From Azolla caroliniana (taxonomy: Eukaryota; Plantae; Polypodiophyta): DNA of 64,000 bases. Of the stretch, positions 50,385-61,890 are shown in pieces. The notes under the pieces are model-generated. The model saw nothing but the letters and a program-made list of their open reading frames with translations, was not told the DNA's origin and ran no database searches. How positions within the stretch are numbered: position 1 is the stretch's first letter; every line of letters begins with the position of its first letter. The DNA is taken from assembly GCA_043228905.1 (NCBI GenBank), contig JBHGNT010000005.1, positions 16,182,001 through 16,246,000 of the forward strand, written 5' to 3'. A program made the translations under genes and the position numbers.

Positions 50385-51060
50385 CAAATGTGTTTGTGAA
50401 AAGGAGAGGTGCATGGGCAAGTCCGAATCAACCCCTAGTCACAAGGCGAACGAATGCACGTGAGGGAGGCTTACACACGGACACACAAGGAAAAGGTTTA
50501 CTTACACACACGAGAGACAGAGTTTCACATGCCTTTGTGAAAAGAGAGGTGCATGGGCAAGCCCGAACACTCCCTTGTTACAAGACATGCGAACACACAA
50601 GGAAAAGACTTACTTACACACATGAGAGACAGAGTTTCGAATGCCTTTGTGAAAAGAGAGGTGCATGGGCAAGGCCAAACGCTCGCTTGTTACAAGACAC
50701 GCACACACACAAGCAATGTTTACACACGGGAGACACAATTTCGAACGCCTTTGTGAAAGGAGAGGTGCATGGGCAAACCCGAACACTCCCTTGTCACAAG
50801 TCGCACAAACACACAAGCAAGATTTACACTAACACGCAAGACACGTAAGTTTGAATGCCTTTGTGAAGGAGAGGTGCATGGTCAAGCTGAAACGCTCCCT
50901 TGTCACAAGAAACACAAACAAATAAGCACAAATGACGATAACATATAAGACACGTATGTTTGAATGTCTTTGTGAAAGGAGAGGTGCATGGGCAAGCCCG
51001 AAACGCTCCATTATCACAAGACGCACAAAAAAATAAGCACAAATGACGATAACAAATAAG
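50385..51060. repeat. Six-copy tandem repeat (about 105-140 bp) inside the G2 LTR
   Basis: Core TTTGTGAAA(A/G)GAGAGGTGCATGGGCAAG at about 50394, 50534, 50646, 50750, 50860 and 50969. Confidence 0.9.
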
Positions 51061-53549
51061 CACAATCAAGATTTACACATAAGACAAGTAGATGAAAGAA
51101 AACATTAGTTTATATTGTTGAGAATCAAGCTCAACTTAGTCTAGTGTTTGAACTCACCTTGAGAGTGAATAGACACTCCAACGGTCAAGAGTCACCATTA
51201 TGTCACCACTTTGTATTCTAGCATTTAGTATGAGTCATAGAATCATATTCTATGACACATAACTTATGAGCTTTCACATTCCCCATGCTCCATGAGTCTT
51301 GTAGTTAATGAAGAGAGAGGGTGACTATATAAAGCACCCTCCTCCCACCTTGTATAATGTTGAGTCCTTCTCCTTTGTTAATATACTTTACCTTGTGTAT
51401 TCTCTATGTATTACTCCTTGTCTCTCTCACTCTCTCTCACTCTCTCTCTCTCTCTCACACACAATTCATATCTATTCCGGTACACAAGAATCATACCCGA
51501 TTCTTTACATAGTATCAGAGCGGTTTGGTAGCTCCATCTAGCCCATCTGCGTGTGTTGAGCTCTACGCCGACGTTCAAGAAGAACCGGCTCATCGCTATC
51601 GTAGTGCGACTACATAGCTCGTATTCAAGAGAGAAGAAGAAGGAAGAAATCTACATCGAACACCATGAATACTCAAATGGGGAGCGCTCTCCCTAGCGAG
51701 AAGTTGGACCGAAACAACTTCGCATCTTGGGAGTACAAGATGCAACAATACCTTGTCGGACAAGGCTATTGGAGCTACATCAAAGGAGAGCACAAAAACC
51801 GACCCGCCGAAGAGGCTCCCAGATACGCGACATGGGAGCAAGCCGCAAGCCGTGTGATGTACTGCTTGGCGACATGTGTTCACGATCACATGCGTGGCTA
51901 CATTCGCGAAGCCAAGACGCCGAAGGAGGCATGGGAAAATCTACGAAAGATTTTCGCGGCGAATACAACCGCAAGAAGGCTTCAACTCCGCCAAGAGTTG
52001 AACAACATTCAACAAAGGGACATGTCCATCACGACATACACCTTGAAGATCAAGGAGCTTTGCGACTCGCTCAACTCAATAAGCGTAAGTATTGATGATG
52101 ATGAGATGGTGCAAATATGCCTCGGCGGCCTCGCACCATGGTTCGACGTGATGCGAACCGCCATTCTAGCAAGGGATAAATCTCCCTCCTTCTTCGAGCT
52201 CCAATCAATGCTATTGGTCAAAGAAAACCACGTGCGTACAAGGAGCAACGAGTCGGAAGGCCACATGCTCTACACGCGCACGAACGGAGGAAGAGGACGC
52301 GGATGAGCGAGAGGCCGATTCGGCCAAGGACAAGGCGGACGAGGTCTGACCTACGACAACATCTCCCAATTTCGGCCGCAAAATAGAAGCCAACGAGGAA
52401 CCTTCGCAAGAAGGGGGAGCTTCCACTCCGGCCCGAGCCATCAAAATGCAACCGAATGCGGATATTGCAAAAAACTCGGCCACCACGAAGAAGAGTGCCG
52501 AAAGAAGATGCGTGAATCGGCTTCCACAAGTCGACAACTCACGAATTACGCGCACAATTCCGATTACAAAGAGTATAGCGGAATGTACGGGCACAACTCC
52601 GACTACGAAGATCGTGGCGGAATGTATGCACACAACTCCGACCGTGGCGGAATGTTCATGATGAAACATAGAGCAAACTCTATGTCAGCCTCTACCTCAA
52701 CTAGTGCCCTCAATCCGGAGGACGTATGGTTTGTTGACTCCGGAGCCTCAAACCATATGACATCTCATAAAGAATGGTTTCTCGAACTTCAGGAGCCAGA
52801 GCGACCCGGTTATGTTGAAACCGGAGATGACACTACGCACCCGATTCGGCACATCGGCAATGTTTTGTTTGGCGAAAGAGGTAAGCAAACATACATTAAA
52901 AATGTCTTGCATGTTCCCACCATCACGAAGAATTTGGTCTCGATCGGACAAATGGTTGAGCAAGGGATGCAAGTACGATTCGACCAAGAAGGGTGCTTCA
53001 TCGAAAAAGAGGGCCAAACCATCACGCGCAGGAGAAGAGAGGGCCGGATGTTCATTCTCGATTCACACGAGATGAAATCCGCCATGTTCGCAAAAAGCAC
53101 AAAAGCCGACTCCGACATAGAGCTATGGCATAAGCAAATCGGCCACATCAATCTCAACAAACTCAAAGCAATGAAATCAAAAGGAGTCGTCATTGGACTC
53201 CCGACATTCAAAGAGAAGGAGATTAAAGGTGTATGCGAAGCATGCCAATTCGGCAAGCAACACCGACACCCATTCACGAAAGAGCGGAATGTGAGCAAAG
53301 GTCTACTCAACATAGTCCATTCCGACGTATGGGGACCAACGCAGACGGCTACATTCGGCGGATGCCGATATTACGTGCTCTTCATCGACGACTTCTCTAG
53401 GCACACTTGGATCTACCCGATGTGGCAAAAGAACGAAGTGTTCAGACACTTCCAAACTTTCAAGAATGAAGTCGAGAAAGCCACGGGCCGACATGTACGT
53501 TGTCTTCGATCGGATGGCGGCAAGGAGTACTTCTCGGACGACTTCACGG

Positions 53550-54340
53550 TGTCGTAGTGTATTTCGTACACTACGTGAAAAAGTAAAAATAATATAAACG
53601 ATTTAATTACATATAAATAAATAAAATAAGAATATCAAAATATTTATCACGTGCATAGGGCAGGATTCAAACCCTGTACCTCCACGTAGCCAAACCTCAA
53701 CTTTACCATTATGCTACCTTATCTTTAGTGTTATATAAATAGATTTAATAACTATAAGTGCTTTATTTGCGCCTACCTTTATTAAAAGGTAAACCATGCA
53801 CTTTTAGAGTGCGTGAATATTTTATAGAAAAACGCAAGCAACTAAAAAGTGACTCGTGCACATCTAGCGTGTATGAGCACTATATTTAGCAAATAAAAGC
53901 AAGGATTAGAAAAGCATCACATGCACATTTAGTGTGCATGAACATATTAGAAAAAAAAGCATGTAGCTATGCTTAGTCTCTCCCATCACTACATAAGGAT
54001 GGGGAGCACAATGTAATAGGCGTGTGAAATATTTGGAAATTGGATATATTTCCGAAAACACCAACCGATTAATATAATCGTGGGATTCACGAAAATAATA
54101 TAATCTATACTTGTGGGATTCACAAGTTTCTTATATCTTTCTTTCAATCTAAATACATATTCTTATCTAAATATTGATTAATCGAATACAATACACTCGT
54201 GGGATTCACGAAATTTCTATCTCTCTTTCTAATAATCTATTCATTACTAGCCTCATCTCATATTTTTCTTTCTCCTAGTCCAAAACCCCGGTGGTTCCCA
54301 CCCGACTCACGCAAACGATCCGGAGCCGAAAGGCACGACA
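53550..54340 (+). mobile_element. TGTCG...CGACA solo LTR in the integrase of F, with a tRNA-like cassette at 53658-53716 (minus)
   Basis: 4-bp TSD ACGG (53546-53549 / 54341-54344), and removal restores DFTEYLRKEG. Cassette reads TAGCATAATGG...GGTTTGAATCC. Confidence 0.85.
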
Positions 54341-56429
54341 ACGGAGTATCTCCGAAAGGAAGGAATTCGGCGAGAATTCACTTGTTGACACACTCCGCAA
54401 CAAAACGGGGTAACCGAGCGCAAAAATCGGCACATCCTCGAAGTAGCGTGGGCCATGATGAACGAGAAGCATATGCCCAAGTCATATTGGGCCGAAGCTG
54501 CAAATATGGTCGTCTACCTAATGAACCGGTGCACAACATCCGGCGTGCACGAGGTCACTCCGCACGAAAAATACTTCGGAAAGAAGCCGGACTTATCGCA
54601 CACCCGGATATTCGGCGTGGTAGTGTATGTGCACATCCCTGACGAGAAGCGTCAAAAGCTTGACCCGAAGTCGGAGAAATGTATCCTCGTAGGATACTCA
54701 TTGGAGCAAAAGGGGTACAAGTGCTACAACCCCTCAACTCGAAAATCTCGAGTAAATCGAGACGTCTTTTTTGACGAGTCCATGTCCTGGTACGCACCAG
54801 AGACAACTCCGACTCCGACACCGCTCGACCCGGAATCCGCCGAACAAGAGATAGCGGATGAAGATCGCCTTACGCGAATGTTCGAAGAAAGTTCGATCAT
54901 GACCCGACTAAGTGGACCACAAGAGCCTTTGAGCGATCAAAGCACATCACAGCCTAGCCCAAAGATGGACAAAGGCAAGGCAAAAATGATGGAATACGAA
55001 GACGATCGCTTCGACGATGATGAGTCGACTCACTCACTCGATAGTGAATTCGACGGCTTCGATGTACCAATCGGAGCTAAGAAAGCCCTCATCTCTACAA
55101 ATGAAAAGCTCCGTCGCTCCACCCGTGAAAAGAATCCGGTCAGCCGATTCAGCTACAACGACTACATGGCATATCACTATGCCTTTATGATGAAGGTGGC
55201 GACAGTACGCGAACCGGAAACTTTTTCCGAAGCAGCCAAGGATCCGCGATGGATCAAAGCCATGAATGAGGAGATGTAGGCACTACGCAAGAACGAGACG
55301 TGGGATCTCGTTCCCACCTCACCGCACAAAAAGGCGATCGGATGCAGATTGATTTACAAAGTGAAGTACAACGCCGACGGTTCCGTCAACCACTACAAAG
55401 CGCGACTCGTAGTGAAAGGCTACGCCCAAACGCACGGTGTTGACTATGAAGAGTCCTTTGGCCCGATGGCAAAGATGACGACGGTACGGACTGTAATTGT
55501 GCTTGCCGCGGCGAAAGGGTGGCACGTCCATCAAACGGACGTGCCACCCTTTCGCCTTTCTACAAGGCGAAAGGAACCCCTTTCTACAAGGCGAATTAGA
55601 AGAGAAGGTGTACATGATACAACCACCCGGCTTCAACTCGAGCACCCATTCGAAAGCTATATGCCGACTCAAGAAGCCACTCTACGGCCTCAAGCAAGCA
55701 CCGCGTGCTTGGCATTCGAAGATAACGCAATATCTTCATCAAATCGGCTTCCGTATGTTAAAATCAGATAACTCCCTCTACATACGAAGCGATTCTGCAA
55801 GTCCGATCGTTTATCATCTTATATGTGGATGACCTAGTCATTGGAGGTGAGCATCTCGTCGAAATCAATAAGGTCAAATCCCTCCTTTCTGACAAGTTCG
55901 AGATGACGGACATGAAGGGAGCTCAACGGCCGGAATCATGATCTCTCAGCGGCACTACATCCTCAACTTGTTATACAAGTTCGGTGTGGCTGAGTGCAAA
56001 TCCGCGGCAACCCCACTTGATCACAATCTCAAACTAGATGCGAACTCCGGCACCAAAGCGTGTGAGCCGACTCAGTATCGGCAACTCATCGGGAGTCTCA
56101 TCTACCTCACGATCACACGACCCAATCTCAGTTATCCGGTTGGTCTCCTTAGCCAATTCATGCAAACACCGCGTGATACTCACTTGGATTGCGCTAAGCG
56201 AGTTCTACGATACGTGAGCGGCACAATGGATTGTGGCATCCTCTACAAGACCGTGATGCCAACACGACTCGAGGGGTACACAGACGCCGATTGGGCCGGT
56301 TACAAAGCCGATAGAAGATCAACCTCTGGATTTGTTTTTTTCCTCGGCAGCGGAGGAATATCCTTGTGCAGCAAAAAGCAACCAACCGTCGCTCTTTCGA
56401 GCACAAAGGCAGAATACAGGGGCGTGACA

Positions 56430-57176
56430 TGTTGGTAGACAGGTCCCTCCGGATGGGAAGGAAGAAGAACAGTGCCGACGAACAAACTCGGCCGAGGCCG
56501 ACAGGCCGAGGCCGAAACGGTATGAACCGGATGGGGAGAACCCGACTGCGGAGAGTCGGATGGTGTAGGCCCGACTGCGGAAAGCCGGATGAGGAGTACC
56601 CGACTGCGGAGAGTCGGATTGTGCAGGCCCGGTATGAACCGGATGAGGAGTACCCGACTGCGGAGAGTCGAATGGTGTAGGCCCGGTATGAACCGGACGA
56701 GGAGTACCCGACTGTGGAAAGCCGGATGGAGTCGATCGAGGCTACACTTGTAAATAGCCGAAAAGTCATATTAGTATAAATATGACTTAGGGCAAACTTT
56801 TAGGATATATATCTGTTGTCATTCTTGTTGTTATTCTGTTGTTAGTGCAAGAAGAAATTAGAGAGCGCGTGACTGTACAGAGAGAGAGAGAGAGAGACGA
56901 GGTCGTTGCCTCTGTTGTAACCGCCGCCTGTGGCGAAGATCTGTGAGCACGAGGTCGTTGCCTCAGTGATCTCACTGTTGTATATTTCTGCATAGTGACA
57001 GTTTGCAGCTTGTGGGCTGCCGTGGTTTTTCCCCTATTTTTGGGGTTTTCCACGTATACCTCCTGTGTACCATTTCTCCTCTTTTGTGTCGCGTTCTAAT
57101 TACCTGTTTTTCTGTGTATGTAAAGAATCTCGGTTGTGGTCGAGCGTTGGACATACGGAACGTCGAGTTTCCAACA
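56430..57176 (+). mobile_element. Solo LTR in the RNase H of F, with internal tandem repeats of about 50 bp (56518-56730)
   Basis: TGTTGG...CCAACA ends and 5-bp TSD TGACA (56425-56429 / 57177-57181). Removal restores GVTVAACE. Confidence 0.92.
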
Positions 57177-60100
57177 TGACAGTGGCCGCATGTGAAGCCG
57201 TATGGCTCAAAAGGATACTCAAATGATCTGGGCGTACCCATCAAGGATCCGACTTCCCTTTACTGCGACAACATGAGCAATATCTATATGGCTCGAAACC
57301 CGGTGTTCCATGTGCGAACAAAGCACATCGAAGTGCACTATCACTTCATCCGAGAGCGCGTTCTAGCTGGCGATGTCGACCTACAACACTTTAGCACCAA
57401 TCTTCAAACGTCCGACATCTTCACTAAAGCCTTAGAAGCCGACAAGCTATGGCAATTCATGACCGATCTCGGATTGACGATCCCTGACCTGCCAAGCTTG
57501 AGGGGGAGTACTGAAGACACTACGCAATAACGTGTGAAGACACTACGCAATAACGCGTGGATTCCGCAACCGTGCAACGAAGCCGCGAAGAACTGATCTA
57601 CCACGCAAAGCCGCGAAGAAAGATGCAAGCCGAAGCATAGACTTCGCAACTACGCACAACGCAAGCTGGAGCACGGATTCCGCAACTCCGCATAAATGCG
57701 AGTCGACATGGACTCCGGAACGCGAGTCGAAGTGGATTTCGGATACCGTTTTGAACCAACCCGACTTGAGCTTGAGGGGGCGTGTTGAGAATCAAGCTCA
57801 ACTTGGTCTAGTGTGTGAACTCACCTTGAGAGTGAATAGACACTCCAACGGTCAAGAGTCACCATTATGTCACCACTTTGTATTCTAGCATTTAGTATGA
57901 GTCATAGAATCATATTCTATGACACATAACTTATGAGCTTTCACATTCCCCATGCTCCATGAGTCTTGTAGTTAATGAAGAGAGAGGGTGACTATTTAAA
58001 GCACCCTCCTCCCACCTTGTATAATGTTGAGTCCTTCTCCTTTGTTAATATACTTTACCTTGTGTATTCTCTGTGTCTTATTCCTTGTCTCTCTCACTCT
58101 TTCTCTTTCTCATACACACACACACACAGTTCATATCTATTCCGCTACACAAGAATCATACCCGATTCTTTCATATATCAATATAATATATTCTTTTATA
58201 ATATAAGAATCATGTTACAATGGGTTGGATGCAAATATGAAGGATTGTTTATAAAGGAATGGGGGAAGAGAGGTGGAGGAAAGAAGAGAGTGGAGTATAG
58301 AAGGAGTTTCTTTGTTGATGATGCCTCTCAATCTTGTTGATCATTCTTCTTCCGCTTTCCATTTGAGTAGAGCTTCCGCGTTCCTTCTCCCTCCCCCCAT
58401 TCTTCACTAGAATAGGCTCTTATTTATAGGTTTAGGATTGCTTGCCTTTTGCACTTTAAAAAAAGCTTATCTATATGAGTCGACTTTTCGTTTCCTCACT
58501 ATTTCTGTTTTCTAGCCTCAAATTTCACATACAAGATATTCTTGGAAAGCTTGTTAGGTCAGCTTTTTTATGCATCTTTTCTTTTCTAATTTGGACATTT
58601 GACGAAGAAATTATGAGCTTTTTACTCGACCTTGCTATAGTTGACTTAAGGAAATTAGTTTATTTGGACTACTATTTTATTCTCTTTTGAGGGTGGTGTC
58701 ACACTATGTGTCGAAAACATCACGGCATCCACCCCCACCAAACCTGCACATCCTCCGGTATGTGCCAATGATTGTTAGCTGCTATTGCTTATTCTTTTTA
58801 AACCTCGAAGTCTAGAGGTTCGATTTCAGGATTTGTGGTCTCTCTTCTCTTAAAGATCTTGATTCTTTTCCCTGCAATCGACAAAGCAAGTCGAATTCCA
58901 TCTAACTCCGCTAGAAAATAGGTTGCATTGTTTTCTATTTCCTTAACCACGTATGGGCCAAACCATCGTTTCACGAACTTTCGAGTAGTGCTATGTTGAT
59001 TATCAAGGCTGCTATCATAAACAAATACCCAATCTCCTTCTTCAATTTTTCTTAGACGAAGATGATGCTTTTTATCAAAATTCTCCTTGTTCCTCAATCG
59101 AGCCGCACGTAACCATTCTATTGCTAACTCGACACCTTTGGGTCTCCATTCTAATTGTTGGATCCTTGTAGCTAGCAAGTCTTCTCGACTCATCTCCTCT
59201 TACCATGGCAAAGCCGTCCATGAGGTAACACTTTGCTCGATAGGCATTATTGGTTTTTGCCCTAATATGAGCTCAGACGGAATATATCTAGTAGTCATGC
59301 TATATGTAGTTCTATCGGTCCACAATGCATATGGTAATAATCATGGCCAGTTCCCCGTCTTCCCATCGCAAGCCTTTGCTAGAGCTTTTACAATCGGGCT
59401 ATGTCCCCGCTCCACCTTCCCATTTGCCTCCGGGTTGATTGCTATGGTAAGTGATAATTTGACGCCTATCCTTGAGAAAAATTCTTTAGCTTCATTTGCA
59501 TTGAATTCTCCTCTATCGGCTACTATTTTGCCGACACATCCATATCAACAAATAACATCTTCAAGGAGAAACTTGCAAACTGCCAAAGTTGTTTTATTCC
59601 TTAGTGCCCGACCTTCTACTTGGTTGGTGAGATCCTCTCTTGCAAGCACGAGGTATCTCATTTGCGACAATCCCATTGGCATAACCACTATGTCTACCAA
59701 CCACTTATAGTGCATTGATAATGGAAATGTCGAATGAAGTTCATCCGTATGTTGAACATTCGAGTATAATTGACAGTGCACACATGTTTCAACATAGCTT
59801 GCTACATCTTTGTAAACACCCGGCCACGAATACTTCTCCTTGAGCTTTGCAAAAGTTGCCCATATTCCTCGATGACTTGCCCACACACTATCATGAAATT
59901 CAGTAATTAGTGTTTGCTGATCTTGTTTCTTGCACACCACTGGAAGTGGAGTTCCATTCTTCCTCTTTGGAAACATCCATAGATGTCCTTCTTTGAGGAA
60001 GAACTTGTAGGCCTTCTTCCTAATTCGGTAGAAGTCTTCCTTTGACCATGATTCATCCTTTGTAAGAGAGCTTAAGTACTTGCCAATTTCGATGAATTCA

Positions 60101-61890
60101 CCCTCATAATCTTCTACTTTAAACACCACTAACACTCGAGCACAAGAAACCGTAACGAAGTTTAGGCCAACATCCTCTTCATCGGAGCGTGGATCTTCTT
60201 CACCTTCATACCTTGCCCTTGACAACATATTGGCCACCACATTATGCTTCCCAGTTATATGTTGAATCTCGGGGTTGAGCGACTTGATATAGGCAATCCA
60301 TCGTAGCATAGCAATATCCGGTGTAGCACAACCGGATATGATCCCGAGAATAGGTAGTCAATCGGTTTCGATTATGACTTCTGTTCCGATAAGGTAGTCG
60401 CGATCAATTTTAACCGTAGATACTATCCCCCATAGCTCTCTCTTTACTTGGGTGTACTTTCGTTGTCTTTCGGTCAACACCTTTGCACCAAATCGGATTG
60501 CATACCGATTTTTGTCTTTGTCTTCTTGGTTAATCACCCATCCAATTCCGGTTGGGCTCGTATCCACTGTCACATATATCGGGGTACCTTCAGTGTAGTT
60601 GGCTTTGCGTAATGCTGGAACTTCCAATAATAGTTTCTTCAACTTTTAAACTGCGTAGGTATGCTCGTCTTCCCATTCAAACTTCTTCCTTTTCTTTAGT
60701 AGTCCATACAATGGTTCAGCGACATGGGCATAGTGTGGAATCCATATGTGGTAGAATGCACATGCTCCCAAGAATCTTCTCACCTCTGTTTGGGACTCAC
60801 ACTCCTCTCTCATCTCTTGGATAACATTCACCTTGGATGGAGATGGCTTCCGGCCGTAAGATCCACACAAGTGTCCTACTACTAATATTTCTGGTTGACC
60901 GAATGCGAACTTCTCTCCCGAAAATGTGAGATTTGCATCCGCAAGCTTTTGCAACACCTTCTCGCTATCCTTTATATGATTGATGACGAATTTTCAGCAA
61001 CTATCTTCATCTTTTGATTCATCTTTTTCTTCCACCAAGCATCCTTTGATCGGAATGTCATCTAAGAAGGGCATTGTGATATCAGGAATACAATCCTTAA
61101 CACTTTGTTCATGGCATTCACTATGTGGGCTACGGAGTTTGTCGCACCTTGGGGTAAGTTGCACATCCTTACCAACCCGATCGGTGTCCTCATTGTTGTA
61201 ATGTGTCTACTTGTGGGCTACGGAGTTTGTCGCACCTTGGGGTAAGGTGCACATCCTTACCAACCCGATCGGTGTCCTCATTGTTGTAATGTGTCTACTA
61301 TCGACTGACAATTGAAATTGATCATAGCCCGAGTAGAGATCACTAATGGAATAGATCAATCTTATAGTGAAGGCTTCGGCAAATTCATCCATGCTTGGAC
61401 CAATTCCGGCATTTCGGATTGTCACCTTGTTGACGTGTTGGAGATCTTGAATAAAGTGTAAGGATCCGTTCTTCTTTGGCACCATAAACCATCTATTGGA
61501 GTAGGGAGCATTGGACGGCTCAAGAATTCTCATCCTAACCTTTTCCTTTAGAAGCTCAATCAACTTCGGAATGTGAGCTCTTGGAACCAATATCAGCTTG
61601 AGGTTCCAAGGTACATGCGGCACCATAAATATCACCATCGGCTCTATCATCTTCGGGTCGGCACATCCGATTTCTTGTGGAGAGAAGGTGAAGGCTTTCC
61701 CATGTCTCTCAAGCATCATCCGAAACCTTTCTTCTTCTTCGGGGAGAAGGAAGTCATCCTTCCCGACTTGGAGTTTCCCTCTTGATTCGTCTGTGAAGGT
61801 ATGGCCTATCCCTTTTGGGTCTCTGAGACTTGGATCCTTGTTAACTTCTTTCATCCTTTGCCAACTATCCTCCGTGTTGTCCGCCGGAAT

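Larger units (their letters stand above)
51116..58173 (+). mobile_element. Full-length but decayed Ty1/copia element F; LTRs 51116-51509 and 57783-58173
   Basis: TSD TATAT (51111-51115 / 58174-58178), PBS TAGTATCAGAGC, gag-PR-INT-RT-RH remnants with stops and frameshifts. LTRs differ at about eight substitutions plus the microsatellite. Confidence 0.95.
50267..61890 (-). mobile_element. Decayed pol-bearing Ty3/gypsy element G2: RT-RNase H-integrase at 58798-61890, 3' LTR 50267-58727 split by copia F
   Basis: DLYSGYDQ and LPQGATNS (RT), VDTSP...KRELWG (RNase H), HxG...CxxC and WFGPY (integrase), in gypsy order. LTR ends match 12088 and 12984. Confidence 0.88.
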
